Shown here one piece after another: positions 19,213-27,345 of a stretch of DNA of 60,514 bases; the stretch's first letter is position 1, and the number at the start of each line of letters is the position of its first letter. This DNA comes from Candidatus Omnitrophota bacterium (GTDB lineage: Bacteria > Omnitrophota > Gorgyraeia > Gygaellales > Profunditerraquicolaceae). The stretch lies in NCBI GenBank assembly GCA_041653115.1, contig JBAZGA010000008.1:1-60514 (forward strand). Reading direction: 5' to 3'. The notes beneath the pieces were generated by a model. The model was not told the origin of the DNA. It ran no database searches and saw only the letters and a list, made by a program, of their open reading frames with translations. The position numbers and the translations under genes were made by a program.

Positions 19213-20211
19213 ATGCAGGTTGCGATGTATTACAACAATCGGGATGTGCGCATCGAAGAAATGCCCAGGCCCAAGATCGGGCCGGATGAGTTACTGATTA
19301 AGGTCAGAGCTTCGGGAATTTGCGGCAGCGACGTGCTGGAATGGTACCGCCTGAAAAAAGCCCCCCTGGTTTTAGGGCATGAGGCAACCGGAGAAATTGC
19401 CGAAGCCGGCCAGGCTGTGCGGGAATACCGAATCGGTGACCGCGTTTTTGTTTCCCATCATGTGCCCTGTAACACGTGCCGTTATTGTTTAAGCGGCAAT
19501 CATACGGTTTGCGAAACGCTGCACACCACCAATTATTATCCCGGCGGTTTTTCCGAATATATCCGCGTGCCCAAAATAAATGTCGAGCGCGGAGTATTTA
19601 TCCTGCCCGCAGAGCTCTCCTTTGAAGAAGGCACGTTTATTGAGCCTTTGGCCTGCGTGCTGCGCGGCCAGAGGATGGCGGGCTTGAAACCCGGGCAGAA
19701 GGTTTTGATTTTAGGCGCCGGCATTTCCGGTTTATTGCATCTTTTAGCCGGCCGCACTAAAGGCGTCAAAGAAATTATGATCACGGACATCAATGATTTT
19801 CGCCTGCAATTAGCCAAAGATTTAGGCGCGGTCAGCGTTTTTCATGCTCAAGACGAGAAAATCGCCAATCTGAAGGCAGACTTAGTGATTGTCTGCACCG
19901 GAGCAAGCGCAGCTTTCGAACAGGCCTTGAAATGCGTTGACCGCGCCGGTACAATCTTGTGTTTTGCCGCTACCGAGCCGGGCGTTAACCTTTCTATCCC
20001 GGTGAATGATTTCTGGCGCCAGAGTATAAAAATTATGCATTCTTACGGAGCCAGCCCCCAGGACCTTAAGGAGGCAATAGAGCTGCTGAAGAGAAAAAGC
20101 ATCCCCGTGGAAAGATTGATTACCCACCGTTTAAGCCTGCAAGAGGCAGGCCAGGGTTTCAAGCTGGTAGCCGGAGCCGCCGATTGTCTGAAGGTCATCC
20201 TTATCCCCTAA
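19213..20211 (+). CDS. Zinc-dependent alcohol/polyol dehydrogenase (MDR)
   Basis: GICGSD, LGHEATG, CNTCRYCLSGNHTVC structural Zn site, EPLAC, GAGISG. Confidence 0.92.
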   Translation: MQVAMYYNNRDVRIEEMPRPKIGPDELLIKVRASGICGSDVLEWYRLKKAPLVLGHEATGEIAEAGQAVREYRIGDRVFVSHHVPCNTCRYCLSGNHTVCETLHTTNYYPGGFSEYIRVPKINVERGVFILPAELSFEEGTFIEPLACVLRGQRMAGLKPGQKVLILGAGISGLLHLLAGRTKGVKEIMITDINDFRLQLAKDLGAVSVFHAQDEKIANLKADLVIVCTGASAAFEQALKCVDRAGTILCFAATEPGVNLSIPVNDFWRQSIKIMHSYGASPQDLKEAIELLKRKSIPVERLITHRLSLQEAGQGFKLVAGAADCLKVILIP

Positions 20212-20252
20212 CCGCAATAACTATAAATAGTTTTACCCCTGCTAAAAATTCC

Positions 20253-20281
20253 TTGACAGGCCGGAATTTTACTGGCATAAT
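20253..20281 (+). promoter_or_regulatory. Strong sigma70 promoter at the head of the PKS operon
   Basis: TTGACA (20253-20258), 17 nt, TGG-CATAAT extended -10 (20276-20281). Confidence 0.75.
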
Positions 20282-20294
20282 ATAAAAATTCAAA

Positions 20295-20310
20295 TAGTAA
20301 AATTTTACTA
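20295..20310. promoter_or_regulatory. Perfect 16-bp palindrome, candidate operator
   Basis: TAGTAAAA|TTTTACTA between the predicted TSS and the RBS of 20320. Confidence 0.55.
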
Positions 20311-20319
20311 AGTGAGGCT

Positions 20320-20592
20320 ATGGACTGGAATCCCGAAGTTAAAGCGCGCCTAGAGGCAATGGTGGCAAAAATCCCGGTTTTTCACCGCCATATTACGGAG
20401 GTGGCAGTAATTGAAAGAGCCGAGGAGAATGCCTTAGCCCGCCGGTCAGCGCAAGTGGAAGAACAAGATGTCATCGCCGCCTTTTTTTCCGATGTCCCTT
20501 CTCCCTTTTACAGTATGATGGTCAGGCTGCTTGAACAGTCGGGATTCGATTATAAAAAATACGGTTTTCCCAAGACGCAAAATAAAAAATGA
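20320..20592 (+). CDS. Small helical protein resembling DUF2621 / PCP_red-type domain
   Basis: MDWNPEVKARLE...IPVFHR...AEENA...VEEQDVI pattern resembles this family; by-eye match only. Confidence 0.55.
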   Translation: MDWNPEVKARLEAMVAKIPVFHRHITEVAVIERAEENALARRSAQVEEQDVIAAFFSDVPSPFYSMMVRLLEQSGFDYKKYGFPKTQNKK

Positions 20593-21593
20593 GGGTGACA
20601 GTAATCGGCGCCGGCGCAATCGGCAGCCTGGTTGCCGGCTATTTGAAAAATCAAGGCAGAGAAATCAGCTTAGTCGGCCACGCTGATGCCGTGAAAGCCA
20701 TCCAGGCCGCAGGGTTAAAGATTTCCGGAGTAAGGGGTGACTTTACCGTTCCCCTCGAGATTACGGAAAAATTAACCGGAGCAGCCGACCTGGTAATTCT
20801 GGCGACAAAAACCCAGGATATCGAAGCCGCAATAAAAGATAATCTGCAATTCTTAAGCAACTCCCTGATTCTCACGACGCAAAACGGCATCCAGGCGGAT
20901 TATTTAGCCGCCAAATATCTAGATAAGGAAAAAATCATCTCCAGTATTGTCATGTTCGGCGCTACTTGTTTGAAACCGGGTGAAGTAGTGCATAATTTTG
21001 AAGGCAGTTGGATTATCGGCCGGCTCTCGGGTAAAAATGACACCAGCGTAGAAGATATCGGCGCGGTTTTAAATAAAATTTTCCCCGTGGTGCCGAGCGA
21101 AGAATTGCTGGGAATGAAATATCTGAAAATTTTTGTCAACGCCAATAATTGTATCCCGGCAATCCTGGGGAAAAGCATGCAGGAGGCATTTGCCGACCCC
21201 CCGGTCAGCTCGATTAGTATCGCTATCTGGAAGGAAGGCTTGGAAATCGTGCAAAAAAGTAAAATTAACCTGGTCTCCCTGCCGGATTTTCCCTTAGAGC
21301 GCTTGACTAAATTAACCGCTTTACCGGCAGAGGCAGCGGCAAAAATTTATTCCGGGATTATGATGAATTTAAGCAAGGAGCCGCTTTACGGCTCAATACT
21401 GCAGAGCATTAGACGCGGCAGGCCGTCGGAAATCGATTATTTAAACGGCGAATTCGTCGCTCTCGCCAAGAAAAACGGCCTCAGGGCCAGCTTAAATGAA
21501 AAATTAGTCGAGCTGGTGCACCGGGTAGAAAAGAACGGCAGTTTTTTGAGTAAAGAAGAATTATTAACCGAGACCAAAGGCCTCTATAATTAA
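20589..21593 (+). CDS. Ketopantoate reductase (PanE/ApbA) family oxidoreductase
   Basis: VIGAGAIGS, ATKTQD, TTQNGI, YLKIFVN, GSILQSIRRGRPSEIDYLNG; true substrate unknown. Confidence 0.85.
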   Translation: MRVTVIGAGAIGSLVAGYLKNQGREISLVGHADAVKAIQAAGLKISGVRGDFTVPLEITEKLTGAADLVILATKTQDIEAAIKDNLQFLSNSLILTTQNGIQADYLAAKYLDKEKIISSIVMFGATCLKPGEVVHNFEGSWIIGRLSGKNDTSVEDIGAVLNKIFPVVPSEELLGMKYLKIFVNANNCIPAILGKSMQEAFADPPVSSISIAIWKEGLEIVQKSKINLVSLPDFPLERLTKLTALPAEAAAKIYSGIMMNLSKEPLYGSILQSIRRGRPSEIDYLNGEFVALAKKNGLRASLNEKLVELVHRVEKNGSFLSKEELLTETKGLYN

Positions 21594-22199
21594 ATGAAGC
21601 AGGTGAATACCCCCTTTCCCAGGTTAAAACTTACCGTCACCGGCGTTTTTGGCGAATGCTATCACGGCTATAAAATCGGCGATGAATTGATACTGGAAGA
21701 CTTTACCCATCCGCCGGAATTTTTTTGCTTAGGCCTGGCGCACGCGCTCTTTCCGGTTATCTATGCGCTTAGTTTCGGGGCTAAATTCCCCTTTCGCGAC
21801 AATCAGCGCTCGCTCTCAGTTACCTGCCCGGACGGCGGGAAGCTGGAGTTTAAGGCGGAGATTTTGGATAAGGCGGGTAAAGTAGAAACTTTGGCCAAAG
21901 ACCCCAATTTTAAAGGCCCCAATCCTAAAAAAATGGTGATTGAAGTAGTCAAAGCCAAAGGCAAATGTACTTTCGGCTATAAGGTCGGCGACAAATGGGA
22001 AACCACCGGTTTAAAATGTATCCCTGGTTTCTGCGGAGCAGCTTTTCACTGCGCTTTCCCCGCGCTCTTTGCCTTGAATTTCGGCGCCAAGTTTTTCTTT
22101 ATGGATAAACCGGACAGCATCGATACAGTTACTTGTCCCGACGGCGGAAATATTGTCTTTAAAGTCACCCGATTAGAAGGTGTGGAAAATAGAAAGTAG
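21594..22199 (+). CDS. Tandem TIGR04076-like Cys-rich double-domain protein
   Basis: Two internal repeats: GECYHGYKIGD..FFCLGLAHALFP..TCPDGG and GKCTFGYKVGD..GFCGAAFHCAFP..TCPDGG. Confidence 0.75.
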   Translation: MKQVNTPFPRLKLTVTGVFGECYHGYKIGDELILEDFTHPPEFFCLGLAHALFPVIYALSFGAKFPFRDNQRSLSVTCPDGGKLEFKAEILDKAGKVETLAKDPNFKGPNPKKMVIEVVKAKGKCTFGYKVGDKWETTGLKCIPGFCGAAFHCAFPALFALNFGAKFFFMDKPDSIDTVTCPDGGNIVFKVTRLEGVENRK

Positions 22200-22244
22200 C
22201 CCAATGTAAAGCGTCCCGAGCAAATTAGGCCAAAGCGACCAAAG

Positions 22245-23507
22245 ATGAATAAACGAAGAGTAGTGATTACGGGTTTAGGCGTGATTTCCCCTAACGGCAT
22301 TGGTAAAGACAATGTCTGGCAGGCGATGTCTGGGGGCAAATCGGCAGTAAAAAGGGTAGACAGTTTCGATGTTTCCATTTTTAACACAAAAATCGCCGCC
22401 GAGGTCAGGGACTTTGACCCTTTTCGGCTCGGCCTGACCCATGATGAAGTGATGCGCATGGACAGGTACGTGCAGTTTGGCGTGCTTGGCGCGGATATGG
22501 CGATTAAAGATAGCGGGCTGAATTTTTCTAAAGAAGACCCTGGACGTATCGGCATCTGCTTAGCCAATGCCATTTGCGGCACAAAATATATGGAAGAGGA
22601 GTTCGCCCTGGTCACTGACGACGGCAAAAAGCCGATTGACCCGGCCAAGGTGCGGCCGGACCTTTATGACGCGGCAATGTTTAATACGCCTTCCATTGAG
22701 ATTGCCGCGCGTTACGGCCTCCAGGGAATCTGCAATACTTTATCTACGGGCTGCACTGCCGGCACTGATTCTGTGGGTTTTGGCTTAGAGGCGATTCAAG
22801 ACGGAGAACAGGAGATTATGATTTGCGGGGCGGCAGAAGCGCCGATTACCCCGATTACTTTCGGCGCCTTTGACGTGGTAAATGTCCTGGCAGTCAATAA
22901 CGAAGAGCCGGAAAAGGCCTCGCGGCCCTTTGACAAGAAACGCAATGGCTTTGTTTTATCCGAAGGCGCGGGGATTTTAATCCTTGAAGAATTAAACCAT
23001 GCCCTGAAGCGCAATGCCTATATTTACGCCGAAGTCCTGGGCTTTGGCACCAGCTGCAATGCCTATCATATGACGGATTTGCCGGCAGACGGCACAGCCA
23101 TGGCTAATTGTATTAAGCTGGCCATAGCCGATGCCGGAATTAAAGCGCGGGAAATCGATTATATCAATGCCCACGGCTCCTCTACCAAGATGAATGATAT
23201 TTTCGAAACCGCTGCTTACAAAACGGTCTTTGGCGATTATGCCTATAAGCTCCCGGTGAGCTCCCTAAAGTCGATGATCGGGCATCCTCTGGCTGCGGCT
23301 AATGCCATAGAAATGACCGTCTGCGCGCAGATTTTCGCCAAGAATCTACTCCCTCCGACGATAAACCAGGAGGAGAAAGACCCTTTATGCGATTTGGATT
23401 ATATCCCGAATGTGGCGCGGGAGAAAAAAGTGAAGATGATTATCAAGACTGCCAGCGGCTTCTCGGGAATTCACTCCGCGCTAATTATCAAAAGGTTTGC
23501 AGGATAA
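22245..23507 (+). CDS. Type II PKS ketosynthase alpha (KS)
   Basis: RRVVITGLG, MDRYVQF, active site LSTGCTAGTDSVG (KS-alpha STGCT), SRPFDKKRNGFV, DYINAHGSST, SSLKSMIGH. Confidence 0.9.
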   Translation: MNKRRVVITGLGVISPNGIGKDNVWQAMSGGKSAVKRVDSFDVSIFNTKIAAEVRDFDPFRLGLTHDEVMRMDRYVQFGVLGADMAIKDSGLNFSKEDPGRIGICLANAICGTKYMEEEFALVTDDGKKPIDPAKVRPDLYDAAMFNTPSIEIAARYGLQGICNTLSTGCTAGTDSVGFGLEAIQDGEQEIMICGAAEAPITPITFGAFDVVNVLAVNNEEPEKASRPFDKKRNGFVLSEGAGILILEELNHALKRNAYIYAEVLGFGTSCNAYHMTDLPADGTAMANCIKLAIADAGIKAREIDYINAHGSSTKMNDIFETAAYKTVFGDYAYKLPVSSLKSMIGHPLAAANAIEMTVCAQIFAKNLLPPTINQEEKDPLCDLDYIPNVAREKKVKMIIKTASGFSGIHSALIIKRFAG

Positions 23508-24740
23508 ATGGAAAAAACAGCAATTACCGGCTTAGGAATAGTAGCACCCTCAGGCATCGGCCGCAGGCAATTCTGGGCGAATATCAGGGCCGGCCGCTCT
23601 TTTATCAAAGAGATTAATCGTTTTGACGCCTCCCTTTACCCGTCGCATATCGCCGGCCAGATTGACGAATTAAATAAATACAGCACTGTCTCCGAGCGGC
23701 TCTTGAAAAAAATGGATACTTTTTCGCATATGGCATTGATTGCCGCGGAGCTGGCGCTGCAGGATGCCGGGGTCGAGATTAGAAAAGAAGACCCTAACCT
23801 CGTCGGCATATTTTTAGGCAATGCTATCGGCGGCTGGCTCTATGCCGAGACAGAGCTGCGCGATATGTACATTGAAGGCCGCGAAGGCGTCTCTCCTTAT
23901 ATGGCCTCAGCCTGGTTTCCGGCTGCGCCCCAGGGCCAAGTCTCCATTTATTACGGGATCAAGGGTTTTTCCAAGACTGTGGTCGCTGACAGGGCAAGTT
24001 CCCTGGAAGCGATTGGTTATGCCCGCAAGACTTTAAGCAAGGGAAAATTAAATCTGATTTTAGCCGGCGGTATGGAAGCGCCGGTTACGCCTTACGCGCT
24101 TTTATGCTGCAATACTTACGGCGGGCTCTCTACAGATAATGCGCACCCGGAGAGCGCTTACCGGCCTTTTGACCGCAAGCGCAGCGGTTTTGTCATTGGA
24201 GAAGGCGCCGGGATTATGGTGATGGAGAGCGTAGAGCGGGCCAAGAAACGCAATGCCACTATCTGGGCGGAGGTATCCGGCTACGGCACCAGCTGCGACG
24301 GAGTTGACCGCATTCAACCGGATGTTTCCGGAAAAGAATTAGCCCGGGCCATGCGCATGGCTTTGCTGGATGCCAAAATTACGCCTGAACAAATCGACTA
24401 CATCAGTTTAGACGGCTTAGCCGTAGAAATCTGGGATAAAAGCGAAGTGAATGCGATAAAAGAAGTTTTCGGCGCCAGCGCTAAAAAAATCCCGGTCAGC
24501 TGCCCGAAAACGATGTTCGGCAACCTGCTCGGCGCCTCGGGCGCAGTGGATTTAATCATTACCATTCTGGCGATGGAGCATAATTTAATTCCGCCGACAC
24601 TTAATCTGGACGACCCGGACTTAAACGGGCTGAATTATATCAAACAGGAAGCTAAAGAAGGAAAAATTAATAAGGCGATGATTATCTCGCGCGGCAGAGG
24701 CGGGATAAATTCAGTTTTGGTAGTTGAGAAAGGAGCTTAA
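23508..24740 (+). CDS. Type II PKS chain-length factor (KS-beta)
   Basis: ITGLGIVAPSG, AWFPAAPQGQVSI, VADRASSLEAIGYAR (no Cys), YRPFD, SLDGLA in place of AHG; starts directly after the KS-alpha stop (TAAATG). Confidence 0.88.
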   Translation: MEKTAITGLGIVAPSGIGRRQFWANIRAGRSFIKEINRFDASLYPSHIAGQIDELNKYSTVSERLLKKMDTFSHMALIAAELALQDAGVEIRKEDPNLVGIFLGNAIGGWLYAETELRDMYIEGREGVSPYMASAWFPAAPQGQVSIYYGIKGFSKTVVADRASSLEAIGYARKTLSKGKLNLILAGGMEAPVTPYALLCCNTYGGLSTDNAHPESAYRPFDRKRSGFVIGEGAGIMVMESVERAKKRNATIWAEVSGYGTSCDGVDRIQPDVSGKELARAMRMALLDAKITPEQIDYISLDGLAVEIWDKSEVNAIKEVFGASAKKIPVSCPKTMFGNLLGASGAVDLIITILAMEHNLIPPTLNLDDPDLNGLNYIKQEAKEGKINKAMIISRGRGGINSVLVVEKGA

Positions 24741-24744
24741 AGCA

Positions 24745-26205
24745 ATGAAGATTCTTTTTGTGATGCCGAAAGTCGGCGCCTGGGCTACGCACGGGATACA
24801 CCGTTCGCCGAACCAGCTCTATGCGCACTGGGCAGCCTATGTGCGGGAGAGGGGTTATGCTGATGTGGCGGTGATTGACGGCAAAGCCGAGCAGATTCCC
24901 ATGGATGAACTGGTGGAGCGGGTGAAAAGTAAAAACCCCGATGTAGTAGTAATGGGCGAGCAGCTGCACGGCTACGGCGGATACGGAGTCTTAAGGCATT
25001 TTAAGGAAGCAGCGCAAAAGATTAAACGCGCACTCCCGAAAACAAAGATAATCCTGGGCGGTTTATGGTATTCGGCGATGCCCGTACCGACCCTGGAAGA
25101 GAACCCGGAAGTAGATTTCGTGGTCATGGGCGAAGAAGAGTCCTTCGGAGATTTAATTGAGGCGATAGATAAGAATAAGGATTTAAAAGACGTGGGCGGA
25201 GTGACTTCTCGCCTGGACGGAAAAATCGTCATGGGGCCGCATAAGCCGCTCCTGGAAGATTTGGATAAACTCCCCTTGCCGGCATATGATTTATTTCCCA
25301 TGGATAAATACGTCGGCCACACTTACTGGAAGCCGTTTGTGGATATGGTTACTTCCCGCGGCTGCCCGTCCGCGTGCACTTTCTGTTACGAGTGGGACCA
25401 GTTTGACCCGCGCTCCCCGTCGGACTTCTTGAAATGGCGCGCCAAATCACCGGAACGCGTGATTGAAGAAATGGAGCTCCTGCAGAACAAATACGGGACC
25501 AAGGTGGTAGTTATCCAGGACGACAATTTTAACGTTGACCCGGCACGCGTGAAAAAATTCTGTGAATTAAAAAAGCAGAAAAAGATAGATATCAAATGGG
25601 TTTCCCTGGGCCGGGCGATCGACTGGGTGAACTGCGAGTCCATCCTTCCTTTAATGAAGGAGACAGGGCTTTTTATGGGTGTATTCGGCATCGAGGTGAC
25701 CACGCAGTCGGAGCTGAAGAAAATCGCCAAAGGCATCACCATTGAGCAGATTCAAAAGACGATTGAAATCCTGCGTAAGCACGATATCGCCATTGTCGCC
25801 GACATTATGATGGGTTTTGATTACGATACCGAGGCGATTGTCAAGCAGCGCTTTGAATTCACCGATGCGGTTGACCCGGATATTCTCTGGGTCGGTTATG
25901 TCACGCCGGCGCCGAACTCTCCGATGTGGCGGATTGCCTTAAAGAAGAACTGGATTGACCCGAAAAAAGTGGATTTCAGCACCTGGGACTTTCTGCACCC
26001 GGTCATTCCTACCGACTACCTGACGATTGAGGATTTAGGCCGGCTGGGCTCCTGGTGTATGCGCGAATTCTTCTCCAAACCGGGCAGAATTAACCGGATT
26101 ATGGAGAGTAATTTTGACCCCCTGGCCAAGCTTTGCTTCAAGGATGTGATGGACGGCATTAATAAATGGGAAGCAGCCGCGACCAAGGGCGAAGTGCAGA
26201 TATAA
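24745..26205 (+). CDS. Cobalamin-dependent radical SAM enzyme
   Basis: N-terminal B12-binding-type Rossmann domain (PDVVVMG, IILGG, DFVVMGEEE), LPLPAYDL, TSRGCPSACTFC, DDNFN; ATG 24745 after AAGGAG preferred over TTG 24724. Confidence 0.88.
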   Translation: MKILFVMPKVGAWATHGIHRSPNQLYAHWAAYVRERGYADVAVIDGKAEQIPMDELVERVKSKNPDVVVMGEQLHGYGGYGVLRHFKEAAQKIKRALPKTKIILGGLWYSAMPVPTLEENPEVDFVVMGEEESFGDLIEAIDKNKDLKDVGGVTSRLDGKIVMGPHKPLLEDLDKLPLPAYDLFPMDKYVGHTYWKPFVDMVTSRGCPSACTFCYEWDQFDPRSPSDFLKWRAKSPERVIEEMELLQNKYGTKVVVIQDDNFNVDPARVKKFCELKKQKKIDIKWVSLGRAIDWVNCESILPLMKETGLFMGVFGIEVTTQSELKKIAKGITIEQIQKTIEILRKHDIAIVADIMMGFDYDTEAIVKQRFEFTDAVDPDILWVGYVTPAPNSPMWRIALKKNWIDPKKVDFSTWDFLHPVIPTDYLTIEDLGRLGSWCMREFFSKPGRINRIMESNFDPLAKLCFKDVMDGINKWEAAATKGEVQI

Positions 26206-26227
26206 AATTTTAAGCGGAGGTTATGCA

Positions 26228-26464
26228 ATGGACACCAAAGCAAAAATTAAAGAAGTTTTAGTGAATTTATTAAAGGTCAGGCCGGAAGAGCTGAAGGACG
26301 AAATCAATCTCACCGATTCTATCGGCGTGGATTCTACGGAAATGGTAGAGACCGTGATTGCCCTGGAAAAAGCCTTCTCTACCAAGCTTAGCCCGCAGGA
26401 AATCACCAAGTTCTCAAGCATTAATGATATCGAAAAAATAATTCAGTCAAAGCTGGGCAAATAA
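26228..26464 (+). CDS. Acyl carrier protein
   Basis: 78 aa, acidic, IGVDSTEMVE phosphopantetheine serine motif. Confidence 0.9.
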   Translation: MDTKAKIKEVLVNLLKVRPEELKDEINLTDSIGVDSTEMVETVIALEKAFSTKLSPQEITKFSSINDIEKIIQSKLGK

Positions 26465-26466
26465 TA

Positions 26467-27267
26467 ATGCAGATAATTGACTTAAGTTTGCCGATTGACG
26501 AAAAGGCGTTTGAAGTCCATAAGGTCGATATTGAACGCACTTCCCATGCCGCGGGTGTAGAAAAATTCAACCGCGTGATTATGGGCAAGACCCTGGCCGG
26601 AAAAATACGCTATTCTTTAGGCCGGCGCATCATCAAAAAAGAGGATTTACCTGACCAGGAATTCTTATCGCTGGAAGTAGTGCATGCTCCGGTGCATATC
26701 GGCACCCACCTGGATTATTCCTTCCATTACGGCTCAAAATCAGAAGGCCGCGCCTCCAAAACCGCAGAAGAGATTCCTTTAGAATGGTGCTATGCTGACG
26801 GGGTAAAGCTGGATTTAACGCAGAAAAAGCCGGAGGAAACGATTAAGGCGGAAGATTTAGAGCAGGCCTTAAAAAAGCTCAATTATTCCTTAAAAAGTTT
26901 GGATATCGTGCTCTTAAATACCGGAGCGGATAAGTTCTACGGCTCGCCGAAATATTTTTCCGAATACCCGGGAGTAGATATTTCGGCAATTGATTATCTC
27001 TTGGACAGGGGGGTAAAGGTTTTCGGCGTGGATACAATGGGGATTGACCGGCCTTATAAGTTTATGCTCAAGGAATTCTCGGCCACTAAAGACCCCAAGA
27101 CATTTTACCCGGCGCATTTTTACGGCCGGAAAAGGGAATTCATCCACATCGAGCGCTTAGCCCGTCTGAATCAGTTGCCGGGCTTTGGATTCAAAGTGAT
27201 TTGCTTTCCGGTAAGGATTAAAAATACCGGGGCTGCCTGGTCAAGAGTGGTGGCGATAACCGATTAA
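26467..27267 (+). CDS. Polyketide cyclase, kynurenine-formamidase-like family (OxyN/ZhuJ/DpsY type)
   Basis: IIDLSLP, HIGTHLDYSFHYG, PLEWCYADGV, YPG, GVDTMGID, HIERL, GAAWSRVVA. Confidence 0.85.
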   Translation: MQIIDLSLPIDEKAFEVHKVDIERTSHAAGVEKFNRVIMGKTLAGKIRYSLGRRIIKKEDLPDQEFLSLEVVHAPVHIGTHLDYSFHYGSKSEGRASKTAEEIPLEWCYADGVKLDLTQKKPEETIKAEDLEQALKKLNYSLKSLDIVLLNTGADKFYGSPKYFSEYPGVDISAIDYLLDRGVKVFGVDTMGIDRPYKFMLKEFSATKDPKTFYPAHFYGRKREFIHIERLARLNQLPGFGFKVICFPVRIKNTGAAWSRVVAITD

Positions 27268-27272
27268 GGGGG

Positions 27273-27319
27273 AAATTAGTTCCTCGCCCCGGCTTTTCGC
27301 CGGTGCTCGGAATAAATTT
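27273..27319. repeat. Intra-operon rod-like hairpin
   Basis: AAATT/AATTT, GTTCC/GGAAT, CCGGC/GCCGG around a TTTTC loop; CTCG on both arms gives a tandem UC/UC mismatch. Confidence 0.65.
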
Positions 27320-27345
27320 TCTATTACTAGGGAGGAGGAAAATTT

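Noticed and set aside
22245-24740. Reading the two ketosynthases as ordinary FabF copies, or as aryl-polyene/ladderane synthases
   Set aside because: The second protein lacks the catalytic Cys and His and has CLF-type motifs; aromatase and cyclase genes are present while dehydratases and FabG/FabZ are not.
20320-26205. Chlorophyll synthesis (PCP_red-like domain plus BchE-like radical SAM)
   Set aside because: No other bch/chl genes are present; both folds are widespread outside phototrophs.
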